DNA of 64,000 nt from an uncultured Oscillibacter sp. (GCA_910587705.1 CAJUMX010000010.1:53130-117129); one strand, 5' to 3'. Positions 9,603 through 18,326 are shown, numbered from the stretch's first letter. Program-made: numbers and translations. The notes: generated by a model not told the origin, from the sequence alone.

Positions 9603-10427
9603 CTATAGCTCCGCCGACGCGCCGCAGTCCATGGGCCGCAGGCGGTCCCCCAGGGTCTCTTGAAGCCGCTCATAGGCCCAGTCGCCGGTGCAGTGGCCGG
9701 TGTAGTAAATCGTACTGCCCTGGCGCAGCTCCTCCGCCGTGGCGCGAAGCAGCGCCTCCGCCTCCGGCGCGCCGGGCTTTAGCTCAAAGAGGTGGAAGCC
9801 GCCAAACACCACGTCGGGCCTCCGCCCCAGCCGCCGCTCCGCCTCCCGGAGGGTATTCACGACGCCCAGATGCCCGCACCCGGCCAAAAGCGCCGCCTTG
9901 CCGCCCTCCTCCACCAGCAGGTGCTGCTCGTGGGCAAAGCCGTCGGGCCGGAAGCCCTCCCTGACCTTCTCCTGGAGCTTGGGGGCCACGGCCCGGAGGG
10001 ACTTGTCGTCCTCTACGCTGGAAAACAGCGTCAGCCCGTCCCCCAGGGTCTCCTGGGCTTTGGTGAAAACGAGCCGCTCCGCAAGCGCTTCCGTCTCCGG
10101 CAGGCCGATGTAGTTGGGCTCCTGCCCCGGGAGGACGGCGTAATAGGCCCCCAGGGCCTCTTGGCGGAGGTAAATGCTCGCTTTGGCATTGGCGGCGCAA
10201 AAGGCCGCCAGGCCGCCGCCATGGTCGGAGTGGCCGTGGGAGAGCACGGCGGTATCCACGGCGGCAAGATCGATTCCAAGGCTCCGGGCGTTATCCAGGA
10301 AGGAGGCGTCGGGCCCCATGTCGAAGAGGACCTTGCGCCCCGCCGCCTCCACATAGAGGGAGAGCCCCCGGGCGGCGGCAAGATCGGGGCGGTGGGACGT
10401 GTTTTCCAGCAGGGTGACGATTTTCAT
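9603..10427 (-). CDS. MBL-fold metallo-hydrolase
   Basis: SHGHSDHGGG, GCGH, GGFHL, GHCTG; start trimmed to MKIVTLLENT after GGAGG RBS. Confidence 0.9.
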   Translation of the reverse strand: MKIVTLLENTSHRPDLAAARGLSLYVEAAGRKVLFDMGPDASFLDNARSLGIDLAAVDTAVLSHGHSDHGGGLAAFCAANAKASIYLRQEALGAYYAVLPGQEPNYIGLPETEALAERLVFTKAQETLGDGLTLFSSVEDDKSLRAVAPKLQEKVREGFRPDGFAHEQHLLVEEGGKAALLAGCGHLGVVNTLREAERRLGRRPDVVFGGFHLFELKPGAPEAEALLRATAEELRQGSTIYYTGHCTGDWAYERLQETLGDRLRPMDCGASAEL

Positions 10428-10461
10428 GGGGAACCTCCCGGTTTTGGATTCAAGCCGCCCC

Positions 10462-10490
10462 TTGACAGCGGGGGCGGGGTTGGGTATAAT
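10462..10490 (+). promoter_or_regulatory. Perfect sigma-A promoter driving putative antitoxin RNA
   Basis: TTGACA(10462-67)-17 nt-TATAAT(10485-90); no credible + strand CDS follows. Confidence 0.85.
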
Positions 10491-10495
10491 AGGGG

Positions 10496-10603
10496 CAAGA
10501 GGGCGGTCAGCCGGTGGCAGCCGGTTGGCGGTCAATCGTCTTACAAGTTTATAGCTTGAGAAATTGCCGCTTCTTGCTGTTACTGGGGGGCGGTTATTTC
10601 TTT
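10496..10603 (+). ncRNA. Putative type I antitoxin antisense RNA (~110 nt)
   Basis: Starts after perfect promoter; ends at hairpin GCCGCTTCT...GGGGGCGGT plus TATTTCTTT whose G-U pairs favour this strand; overlaps toxin stop and 3' UTR. Confidence 0.7.
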
Positions 10604-10677
10604 AGGTTGAACCCTAACTGGATAGCCGCAAGCACAAGCACGAGCGTAAGTAACGCGATGGTTTCCAGCACGCTCAT
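10594..10677 (-). CDS. Putative type I toxin, 27-aa single-TM peptide (holin-like toxin/SprG style)
   Basis: ATG...TAA = MSVLETIALLTLVLVLAAIQLGFNLKK; RBS GAAAGAGGTGAGG; 5' hairpin CCTCTTTC/GAAAGAGG covers RBS; below ORF-track cutoff. Confidence 0.8.
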   Translation of the reverse strand: MSVLETIALLTLVLVLAAIQLGFNLKK

Positions 10678-10791
10678 GGGCCTCACCTCTTTCCACTTGA
10701 AAGAGGATTGACCCCGCCTCTCTTCCCATTTTCATTGTACCACGTTTGTCAATAAGTTCCGGAAAGCCCCGCGCCGGCGCGCGGGGTTTCT

Positions 10792-11010
10792 TTATGTCTC
10801 CGGCTCCTTCGGCCAGTCCCGGCAGACCAGCTCGTCCAAGGAGACGTCGTAAAAATCCGCCAGGGCGATGAGGGTGGACATTTGTGGTTCCCGCTCCCCA
10901 CGTTCGTAGGTCTGATAAGCCCGCCAGCTGATGCCAATGAAAGGAGCAAGCTCCGTTTGCTTCAGCCCCCGCTCTTTACGCAATTTCAGAAGATGCTGTG
11001 AAAATGTCAT
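10792..11010 (-). CDS. XRE-family HTH regulator (cassette 1)
   Basis: LKLRKERGLKQTELA...YERGEREP...LADFYDVSLDELV. Confidence 0.92.
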   Translation of the reverse strand: MTFSQHLLKLRKERGLKQTELAPFIGISWRAYQTYERGEREPQMSTLIALADFYDVSLDELVCRDWPKEPET

Positions 11011-11028
11011 ATTCTTCTCCTTTACGCC

Positions 11029-11082
11029 TCGACAGACACAGGTGTGTTTGCTATAATGGTTCTATAAGAACACACTTGCGTC
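11029..11082 (+). promoter_or_regulatory. Promoter of cassette-1 small gene with paired operator candidates
   Basis: TCGACA-17-TATAAT with extended TG; GACACAGGTGTGTT (11035-48) and AACACACTTGCGTC (11069-82) are near-perfect reverse complements. Confidence 0.7.
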
Positions 11083-11099
11083 TTTTAGGAGGTCACGTC

Positions 11100-11357
11100 A
11101 TGGACGACTATCTTGACTGCTTATTCCAATGCGTCTTTGACCATATGGAAGCCGAAGCCACTGTAAACCTCATCGACTACAGTCGCTGCCGCTCCGCCCA
11201 GGACATGGCCTGGAGCGCCCTGAAAAAGGAGCTGACCCATGAGCAGATCAAGCTGGTGGACGATTACCGCTCTGCCTGGATCGAACTGCGTTATCAGGAG
11301 GACAAGCTGCTCTTTCAAAAGGCCGTGGCCCTGGGCAAGTGGATGGTACAGGCTTAG
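11100..11357 (+). CDS. Small acidic helical protein, DUF6809-like (cassette 1)
   Basis: AGGAGG RBS; MDDYLDCLF...LTHEQ...EDKLLFQKAVALGKWM resembles 17757 and 36406 proteins. Confidence 0.75.
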   Translation: MDDYLDCLFQCVFDHMEAEATVNLIDYSRCRSAQDMAWSALKKELTHEQIKLVDDYRSAWIELRYQEDKLLFQKAVALGKWMVQA

Positions 11358-11364
11358 CCGCTGA

Positions 11365-11595
11365 CGGGCCGCCGAGGGCGGCGGCCCCTACACATTCCCG
11401 TAGGGGCCGGCCCCCTGGCCGGCCCGTTTCCCGGGACGGATGGCCACCGGCGGGCCGCCGAGCACCCGCAAGGGGTACGCCGCCGCCGTATGCGGCAAAG
11501 CCGCTAACGGCGGACGCAGGGCGGCGGCCCCTACGCATCCCCCGTAGGGGCCGGCCCCCTGGCCGGCCCGTTTCCCGGGACGGATGGCCGGCCCA
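11365..11595. repeat. Cluster of four GTAG-type REP palindromes (two inverted pairs), one interrupted by mini-element C
   Basis: CGGGCCGCCGAGGGCGGCGGCCCCTAC / GTAGGGGCCGGCCCCCTGGCCGGCCCG repeated twice. Confidence 0.85.
11463..11517. mobile_element. ~56-bp mini-element C, copy 2, inside a REP loop
   Basis: Splits CGGGCCGCCG|AGGGCGGCGGCCCCTAC with AG on both sides; matches reverse complement of 3187-3243. Confidence 0.75.
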
Positions 11596-11620
11596 TTTGT
11601 CGGGAATGTCGGCGTTTGCC

Positions 11621-13033
11621 CTAAACCATCTCTCCGTACAGCGCCCAGGTGTTGCTTCCGGTAATCCTCACATCCAAAAACCGCCCGATCAGGGACTTGT
11701 CCCCCTTTAGCCGCACCAGCCGGTTGCCCTCCGTCCGGGAGGAGAGGGGATACGCCTCGTCGCCGCTCTCCCCGTCCACCAGGACCCGGACTGTTTTCCC
11801 TACATACTCGGCGTGTATCCGGGCGGAGTGGGCGTTCTGGACCTCCAGCAGCTTGTCGAACCACCGCTGCTTCTCCTCCCGGGAAGCAGGGTCCGGCAGC
11901 TCCGCCGCCTTCGTGCCCGGCCGGGGGGAGTAGATGAAGGTAAAGAGAGCGTCAAAGCCCACCTCCTCCACCAGGGACACGGTGTCCATGGCCTCCGCCT
12001 CCGTCTCACCGGGGAAGCCGATGATCACGTCGCTGGTCAAAACCAGCCCCGGCATAATAGACCGGGCGTACCGAATCAGCCCCAAGTATTTCTCCCGGGT
12101 GTAGCGCCGGTTCATCTCCCCCAGCACCCGGTCGTTTCCGGACTGGAAGGGCAGGTGGAGCTGCTTGGCCACATGACGGCACTTCGCCATCACGTCGAAG
12201 AGCCGGGGGGTGGCGTCCTTGGGGTGGCTGGACATGAAGCGGATCCAATAGTCCCCGGGAATTTGGTCGATGTCCTCCAAAAGGTCCGGGAAGTGATACC
12301 CGGTATCCAGGTCGTTGCCATAGGAGTTCACGTTCTGCCCCAGCAGGGTGATATCCTTGTATCCGGCCTCCACCAGCTCCCGGACCTCCGCCAGCACGGC
12401 GGCGCTCTCCCGGCTCCGCTCCCGGCCCCGGACATAGGGCACGATGCAGTAGGAGCAAAAGTTGTTGCACCCGTACATGATGGAGACCCAGGCCTTCACC
12501 CCCCGTTCCCGGACCACCGGCAGCCCCTCGGCGATGCACCCGTGCTCGTCGGCGGTGGAAAAGACCCGCTTCCGGGTTTCGTAAACCTGCCACAAAAGCT
12601 CCGGAAAGCGCCACAGGGCCTGGGGCCCAAAGACCAAATCCACATGGCGGTAAGATTCCCTCACCCGCTTGGCAACCCTGGTCTCCTGGGCCATGCAGCC
12701 GCAGAGGACGATGACCTGCTCCGGGTTCTCCTTCTTGGAGTGGGTCAGGATGCCAAGGTTCCCGAAAACCCGCTGCTCCGCATGCTCCCGGATGGCGCAG
12801 GTGTTCAGTAAGGCCAGGTCCGCCTCCTTCGGGTCCTCCGTAAAGGTGAAGCCCATTTCCTCCAGCATGCCCATGATCCGCTGGCCGTCCGCCACGTTCT
12901 GCTGGCAGCCGAAGGTCTCCACACAGGCCCGGGGATGGGCCCCCCGGGCGGCGAACAGGGCCTTGATCTTCTCCTGAAAGTCCCGCTGGCGGAGGATTTC
13001 CGCCTCCGGGACCATGATTTCCTCTCGCTTCAA
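11621..13033 (-). CDS. miaB: tRNA-2-methylthio-N6-dimethylallyladenosine synthase
   Basis: TFGCQQN, NTCAIRE, GCNNFCSYCIVPYVRGRERSR radical-SAM motif, TRAM domain; TTG start after GGAGG. Confidence 0.97.
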   Translation of the reverse strand: MKREEIMVPEAEILRQRDFQEKIKALFAARGAHPRACVETFGCQQNVADGQRIMGMLEEMGFTFTEDPKEADLALLNTCAIREHAEQRVFGNLGILTHSKKENPEQVIVLCGCMAQETRVAKRVRESYRHVDLVFGPQALWRFPELLWQVYETRKRVFSTADEHGCIAEGLPVVRERGVKAWVSIMYGCNNFCSYCIVPYVRGRERSRESAAVLAEVRELVEAGYKDITLLGQNVNSYGNDLDTGYHFPDLLEDIDQIPGDYWIRFMSSHPKDATPRLFDVMAKCRHVAKQLHLPFQSGNDRVLGEMNRRYTREKYLGLIRYARSIMPGLVLTSDVIIGFPGETEAEAMDTVSLVEEVGFDALFTFIYSPRPGTKAAELPDPASREEKQRWFDKLLEVQNAHSARIHAEYVGKTVRVLVDGESGDEAYPLSSRTEGNRLVRLKGDKSLIGRFLDVRITGSNTWALYGEMV

Positions 13034-13069
13034 ACCGTTTCCTCCATACCGATGCGGGATGTTGATACT

Positions 13070-13121
13070 TAAACAAGCGTATAAACAAGCGTATCATACC
13101 ATGAAAGCCCGGAAAGCACAA
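13070..13121 (-). promoter_or_regulatory. miaB promoter with 12-bp tandem direct repeat
   Basis: TTGTGC-17-TATGAT (extended TG) followed by TACGCTTGTTTA x2. Confidence 0.65.
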
Positions 13122-13214
13122 GGAAAAATCCCGGCGGCAAACCCGGCCCTTTGTGATTTTCGCCGGAGGTAAACGATTTGCCTTTGTGAAAAACGTAAAA
13201 TTTCACAAAACCCC

Positions 13215-13243
13215 TTGACGGGCGGTCAAATTTATTGTATATT
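13215..13243 (+). promoter_or_regulatory. Sigma-A promoter for orphan transcript
   Basis: TTGACG-17-TATATT with AT-rich upstream region. Confidence 0.7.
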
Positions 13244-13249
13244 TTAGCT

Positions 13250-13577
13250 ACAGAAAGAGGTGAGTCCAGTGTACTAGTTCGACACGAAAACCCACGTCTT
13301 CCAGCGCCGTTCGAAAAACCCCCAGCGCAGCCCCAGCAAATACGTGATCTCAGATTCCCAAAAACGAAACACCACTCACGAAGGATGAGGCCGCGGGACC
13401 AACAGGTCGACGCAAGAAACTGTTTCATGGATTGGAAACCCCAAGGATCACCCATACTCCAGCAAATTTCCCACGAACGGCAGCCTTTAGAAAGCACGAG
13501 GTACAACGACCCATGGACAATCCAATCAATGGTTGAGCCCCCCATTCGCCGAAGGAGCGGATGGGGGGATGTTTTTT
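13250..13577 (+). ncRNA. Candidate ~320-nt orphan sRNA
   Basis: Bounded by promoter and hairpin CCCCCCATTCGC..GCGGATGGGGGG plus T-tract; A/C-rich; only RBS-led frame is GTG-TAC-TAG. Confidence 0.5.
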
Positions 13578-13667
13578 GCAAAAGCCTCCTGCCCTGGCGG
13601 CGGGTCTGGGGATACGCTCCCCTTGAAGGCGGTCGGGGGACATCGCCCTGCCGCCTTTCCAAAAAGC

Positions 13668-13695
13668 AGCGGGCGGCGTCATAAGACGCCGCCCG
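13668..13695 (-). terminator. Intrinsic terminator after tsf
   Basis: GCGGGCGGCGTC-ataa-GACGCCGCCCGC with T-tract on the minus strand. Confidence 0.75.
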
Positions 13696-13733
13696 CCGGT
13701 TGGTCTGTCAATTTCCGAAACGCGGTTTCGCGT

Positions 13734-14657
13734 TTAGCCCTTCACCAAAGAGGCGATCTCGTCGGCAAAGTTCTCCTGCTTTTTCTCGATGCCCTCGCCC
13801 TTCTCAAACCGCACGGCGGTCTTGAAGGTGATGGCCCCGCCCAGCTCCTTGGCCGCGTGGGCGATATAGGCCTCCACAGACCCCTCGAACACGTCGGCGC
13901 GGACGGAATCCTGCTGGAGCAGGCAGTTCTCGGAATAGAACTTGTTCAGCTTGCCCATGACGATCTTCTCCCGAACCTGCTCGGGCTTGCCCGCCATTTT
14001 CGGGTCGTTCTCCATCTGGGCCAGCATGACCTTCTTCTCCTCGTCCAGCACGTCCTGGGTCACCTGGGACTTGTCCCAGAAGCGGGGGTTCAGGGCGGCG
14101 ATCTGCATGGCGATGTTCTTGCCCAGCTCCGTCACCTGCTCGGCGGAGAGGCCGGTCTCCAGGTTCACCAGCACGCCGATCTTGCCGCCGGCGTGGACGT
14201 AGGGCACGGACACGCCCTCGGCGTACCGGGCGAAGCGGCGGACCTTGATGTTCTCGCCGATGACCAGCACCATCTCCTGCTGCTGCTGGGTGACGGTGAG
14301 GTCGGTTCCGTTATACTTGCACTCCATCAGAGCGTCCAGGTCGGCGGGGTTCTCCTTGGCCACGGTGGCGGCCACGCCCTTGACGAAGTCCACGAATTTC
14401 TCGTTTTTGCCCACGAAGTCGGTTTCGGCGTTCACCTCTACCACCACGCCCACGCCGTCGATGACGGCGGCGTAGGCCATGCCCTCGGCGGCCACGCGGC
14501 CCGCCTTCTTCACGGAAGCGGCCATGCCCTTTTCCCGCAGCCACTCCACGGCCTTGTCCATGTCGCCGTCGGTGGCCACCAGGGCCTTTTTGCAGTCCAT
14601 CATACCTACGCCGGTCATCTCGCGCAGGTTCTTTACATCAGTTGCGCTAAAAGCCAT
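13734..14657 (-). CDS. tsf: Elongation factor Ts
   Basis: VKNLREMTGVGMMDCKKAL, EVNAETDFV, GENIKVRRF. Confidence 0.98.
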   Translation of the reverse strand: MAFSATDVKNLREMTGVGMMDCKKALVATDGDMDKAVEWLREKGMAASVKKAGRVAAEGMAYAAVIDGVGVVVEVNAETDFVGKNEKFVDFVKGVAATVAKENPADLDALMECKYNGTDLTVTQQQQEMVLVIGENIKVRRFARYAEGVSVPYVHAGGKIGVLVNLETGLSAEQVTELGKNIAMQIAALNPRFWDKSQVTQDVLDEEKKVMLAQMENDPKMAGKPEQVREKIVMGKLNKFYSENCLLQQDSVRADVFEGSVEAYIAHAAKELGGAITFKTAVRFEKGEGIEKKQENFADEIASLVKG

Positions 14658-14693
14658 AATTGCGTTCCTCCAAATTTATTGTATCGCCGTATC

Positions 14694-15422
14694 TCACTCG
14701 GCGGCGGGAGCCTCGGGCTCCTCGGTCTGCTCGCCCTGGCGGCCCTCCAGCACGGCGTTGGCCATGATGGAGGAGATCAGCTTGATGGCCCGGATGGCGT
14801 CGTCGTTTCCGGGGATCACATAGTCGATTTCGTCGGGGTCGCAGTTGGTATCGGCGATGGCCACCACGGGGATGCCCAGCTTGTGGGCCTCGGCGATGGC
14901 GTTGCGCTCCTTCCGGGTGTCCACGATGAAGAGGGCACCGGGGAGCTTCTTCATTTCCTTCACGCCGCCAAGATATTTCTCCAGCTTCGCGATTTCGCCC
15001 AGGTGCTTCATGACTTCCTTCTTGGGCAGCATGTCGAAGGTGCCGTCCTCCTGCATGGCCTTGAGCTGATTCAGCCGGTCCACCCGGGTGCGCATGGTCT
15101 TGAAGTTGGTCATCATGCCGCCCAGCCACCGGGCGTTGACGTAGTACTGGCCGCAGCGGCCCGCCTCTTCCCGGATGGCGTCCTGGGCCTGCTTCTTGGT
15201 GCCCACGAACAGCAGAGACTGGCCGTTTTCAGAGAGCTGGCGGACGAAGTTGTACGCCTCCTCCAGCTTGCGGACGGTCTTTTGGAGGTCGACAATATAG
15301 ATGCCGTTGCGCTCCGTGTAGATATAGGGGGCCATCTTGGGGTTCCATCGGCGGGTCTGGTGGCCGAAGTGGACGCCCGCCTCAAGCAGGGCTTTCATGG
15401 ATACGACGCTGGAATTTGCCAT
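14694..15422 (-). CDS. rpsB: 30S ribosomal protein S2
   Basis: [36 protein letters not shown]. Confidence 0.98.
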   Translation of the reverse strand: MANSSVVSMKALLEAGVHFGHQTRRWNPKMAPYIYTERNGIYIVDLQKTVRKLEEAYNFVRQLSENGQSLLFVGTKKQAQDAIREEAGRCGQYYVNARWLGGMMTNFKTMRTRVDRLNQLKAMQEDGTFDMLPKKEVMKHLGEIAKLEKYLGGVKEMKKLPGALFIVDTRKERNAIAEAHKLGIPVVAIADTNCDPDEIDYVIPGNDDAIRAIKLISSIMANAVLEGRQGEQTEEPEAPAAE

Positions 15423-15439
15423 GGTGTTTGTTCCTCCAA

Positions 15440-15540
15440 ATCAAGTTTAGTTTTTACCTCCGGCGGCTTCATCCCCCCCGCCAATCCGGGAGACCCTTCT
15501 CCCTGAACACAGACGGAAAGTCGGCGTGCCGTGCGGAATG
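15440..15540 (-). promoter_or_regulatory. Structured rpsB 5' leader (probable S2 autoregulatory RNA)
   Basis: Hairpins CGCCGACTTTCCG.../GGGAGAAGGGTCTCCC and GGCGG..CCGCC between promoter TTGCAT..TATGAT and rpsB; S2 leaders are established at this position. Confidence 0.5.
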
Positions 15541-15716
15541 CTGAAATATCATACCACAGCCGGTTTTCCAATGCAAGAGGATTTTAACAAATCTCCGGGA
15601 TTTTTTCGGGAAAACTTCCCCTGTCCCCGCTTAAAGATTGACATTTCCCCGCTGGGGAAGCATAATAGGGTCAGAACCCCCGGGGCCGCCGCGCCCCGCG
15701 AAAGGAGCCTTTTCCA

Positions 15717-17330
15717 ATGGACACCATTTATATCACCGGGCACCGGAACCCGGATACGGATTCCATCGTCTCCGCCATGGCCTACGCCGCCCTGCAAAAC
15801 GCCCTGGGGAACCGGCAGTACCGGGCCGCCCGGCTGGGCCAGATCAGCGATGAGACCCAGATCGTCCTGGACCGCTTCGGCTTCCAGCCCCCCAAGCTCA
15901 TCGACAACGTGCGCACCCAGGTCCGGGACCTGGACTATGACACGCCCCCCACCCTCTCCGCCGCCGCCACCGTCAGCCGGGGCTGGCAGGCCATGCAGGG
16001 GGGGAACCTCTCCATCCTCCCCGTGGCCAACGAGGACGGAACCCTCTACGGCACCCTCTCCGCCGGGGACGTGGCCAACTACGACATCACCACCGTCCGC
16101 AACCCCCGGGTGGAGGATATTCCGGTGTTCAACCTCATCTCCGTGCTGGAGGGGAAGCTCCTCCACGAGAGCGAGGACGCGCCGGACCTGGTTTCCGGGG
16201 AGGTGACCATCGCCCTGCCCGCCAGCCGGGAGAATCTGCTCTTCTCCAGCCCGGACAGCGTGGTCATCTGCGGCGACCAGCCGGACATGGTTCAGCGGGC
16301 CCTGGACCTCCAGGTGAACTGCGTCATCATCTGCCAGGGGGAGGTGCCCCAGGAGCTTTTGGAGCGGGCGGGAAAGACCTGCGTGATTTCCACCCCCATC
16401 GACGCCTATCAGGCCCTGCGGCTCATTTTCCACGCCCTGCCCATCGCCCGGGTGTGCAAGAGCAAGGACCTGGTCTGCTTCCACCTGGACGACTATATTG
16501 ACGACGTGCAGGACGCCGTGCTGGAAAGCCGCTTCCGGGCCTACCCCATTTTGGACGAGGACGAGAAGGTGGTGGGGATGCTGTCCCGCTATCACCTCCT
16601 CCGCCCCCGGCGCAAGCGGGTGGTGCTGGTGGACCACAACGAAAAGTCCCAGTCCGTCACGGGGCTGGACCAGGCGGACATTCTGGAAATCATCGACCAC
16701 CACCGCCTGGCGGACATCGAGACGAAAAACCCCATCCACGTCCGGAACGAGGCGGTGGGCAGCACCAACACCATCATCGCGGAAATGTACCAGGAGAAGG
16801 GCCTGATGCCCACGGCGAAGATGGCGGGGCTTATGGCGGCGGCCATCGTGTCGGACACGGTGATGTTCAAGTCCCCCACCTGCACCCAGCGGGACATTGA
16901 CATTGCCAACCGCATGGCCCGCATCGCAAGCGTGAAGCTGGAGGACCTGGGCCAGGCGATTTTCTCCGCCGCCTGCGGGGACGACAAGACCGCCGAGGCG
17001 ATGCTGAAAACGGACTATAAGGAGTTCCACATCGCCGGGCACAACCTGGCGGTGAGCCAGATCACCACCATGGATTCCGACCGGCTTTTAAGGCGGCTGG
17101 ACGAGTTCTTGAAGATCATGGCCGAGACCCGGGAGAAGCGGGGGCTCCAGAGCGTGGTGCTGATGATTACCGACGTGCTGCTGGAGGGGACCCAGCTTCT
17201 CTTCATGGGGGACGAGGACACCATCCGCCAGGCGTTTGGGATTAAGGGGGAGGAGAATTACGCCTTCCTGCCCAAGATTATGTCCCGAAAGAAGCAGGTC
17301 ATTCCAATGCTATCCGCATTGTGGGGGTGA
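15717..17330 (+). CDS. ppaC: Mn-dependent family II inorganic pyrophosphatase with CBS/DRTGG insert
   Basis: GHRNPDTDS, LVDHNE, IIDHHR, SDTVMFKSPT, SRKKQVIP. Confidence 0.93.
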   Translation: MDTIYITGHRNPDTDSIVSAMAYAALQNALGNRQYRAARLGQISDETQIVLDRFGFQPPKLIDNVRTQVRDLDYDTPPTLSAAATVSRGWQAMQGGNLSILPVANEDGTLYGTLSAGDVANYDITTVRNPRVEDIPVFNLISVLEGKLLHESEDAPDLVSGEVTIALPASRENLLFSSPDSVVICGDQPDMVQRALDLQVNCVIICQGEVPQELLERAGKTCVISTPIDAYQALRLIFHALPIARVCKSKDLVCFHLDDYIDDVQDAVLESRFRAYPILDEDEKVVGMLSRYHLLRPRRKRVVLVDHNEKSQSVTGLDQADILEIIDHHRLADIETKNPIHVRNEAVGSTNTIIAEMYQEKGLMPTAKMAGLMAAAIVSDTVMFKSPTCTQRDIDIANRMARIASVKLEDLGQAIFSAACGDDKTAEAMLKTDYKEFHIAGHNLAVSQITTMDSDRLLRRLDEFLKIMAETREKRGLQSVVLMITDVLLEGTQLLFMGDEDTIRQAFGIKGEENYAFLPKIMSRKKQVIPMLSALWG

Positions 17331-17687
17331 TACTCGCCCTTCGGGCGGGGGAAAATTCAGCCATGAAGATGGCTGGTCCTTTGCACCCCCCATTTTCTCT
17401 TTTTCTTCCAGAAGAAAACGAGAAAACGGGCCGTGCACGGTCCAAAAGAGAAAAAGAAGTATATGGCCTTTCTACCGATAGAACACCCCGTAGGGGTCGC
17501 CGCCCTCGGCGGCCCGTCTCCCCGGAACCTCCATGTTTCCTATGGCCCGTTCCCCCGGATGGAATAGGGATGGGGCGCGGCTGAATGAATGGCGGAGCCA
17601 GAATGACTTCCCACGCGCAATTGGTTCGCACGGGGGTTGTTCTTCACCGAATGGACCAGCTCCTCTTTTTGCTGCCGCACCCCGGTG
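17323..17687 (+). repeat. Repeat family A copy 1 (left arm of cassette 2), carrying internal GTAG-REP module
   Basis: Inverted match to 18356-18734; shared core GAAGAAAACGAGAAAACGGGCCGTGCACGGTCCAAAAGAG; overlaps ppaC stop. Confidence 0.92.
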
Positions 17688-17756
17688 GTTGTGCAAGGGC
17701 TGCGTTTACCGTGCTTCTTTTCCCGTGCGTGCCAGGTGGGCGGCGCTGGGAGGGGA

Positions 17757-18005
17757 TTAAAAATCTTCTAACAGCTGCGCCATGAGCTGTGCGCCGAAGC
17801 GGACGCCGGTATGAAAGGCCGCGTCCCGCTGTTCCTGGGCCAGGACCTGTATTTCATGCCGGAAATCATCAGCCGCCTCTGGCTCCAGCGCGTGCAGTTG
17901 GCGCAGAATGCGCTCTTCTGCGATCGTATAAGGCGCTTCCATAGGAGCCTTACCATGCAGACCGGCGAGTTCACCATATTGAAGTGCAGTCAAAATGTCA
18001 AACAT
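17757..18005 (-). CDS. Small DUF6809-like protein (cassette 2)
   Basis: MFDILTALQYGEL...AAFHTGVRFGAQLMAQLLE; GAGGGAG RBS; promoter TTGACT-17-TACTAT at 18077-18049. Confidence 0.8.
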   Translation of the reverse strand: MFDILTALQYGELAGLHGKAPMEAPYTIAEERILRQLHALEPEAADDFRHEIQVLAQEQRDAAFHTGVRFGAQLMAQLLEDF

Positions 18006-18086
18006 GGCCGATTCTCCCTCTTAAAACAATTGCATTTGTTGCATACTTATAGTAACATACTTAAAGTGCTAAGTCAAGGGGTTATT

Positions 18087-18326
18087 ATGGAAACAAAAAA
18101 GATTTTTGGCGAGCGGCTCCGTGAGCTGCGCAATAGCCTGTCTATCAGCCAGATGCAGCTTGCCAACGCATTGGGGATGACTCAAAATTCGATTGGTATG
18201 ATGGAGCGAGGCCACCGAGGGACCACGATTGAAAAGGTGGTCCTGCTGGCGAAGTATTTTCACGTATCGGCGGACTATCTGCTGGGCATCACCGACGACC
18301 CCACATGGCGGGGCACGGAGGAGTGA
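18087..18326 (+). CDS. XRE-family HTH regulator (cassette 2)
   Basis: FGERLRELR...SQMQLANALG...MERGHR...LAKYFHVSADYLLG; start trimmed to METKK. Confidence 0.92.
   Translation: METKKIFGERLRELRNSLSISQMQLANALGMTQNSIGMMERGHRGTTIEKVVLLAKYFHVSADYLLGITDDPTWRGTEE

Noticed and set aside
11365..11595. Possible CRISPR array in REP clusters
   Set aside because: Units alternate in orientation, spacers are short and repeated, and there are no cas genes.
13235..13684. 149-aa ORF over the orphan transcript
   Set aside because: Its start lies inside the promoter, it has no RBS, and it runs through the terminator.
17236..17785. Recurrent peptides such as HPPFSLFLPEENEKTGRARSKREKE in several ORFs (also at 18.5, 35.8, 36.8, 41.9 and 51.6 kb)
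   Set aside because: Translations of repeat family A; frames, starts and stops are not conserved between copies.
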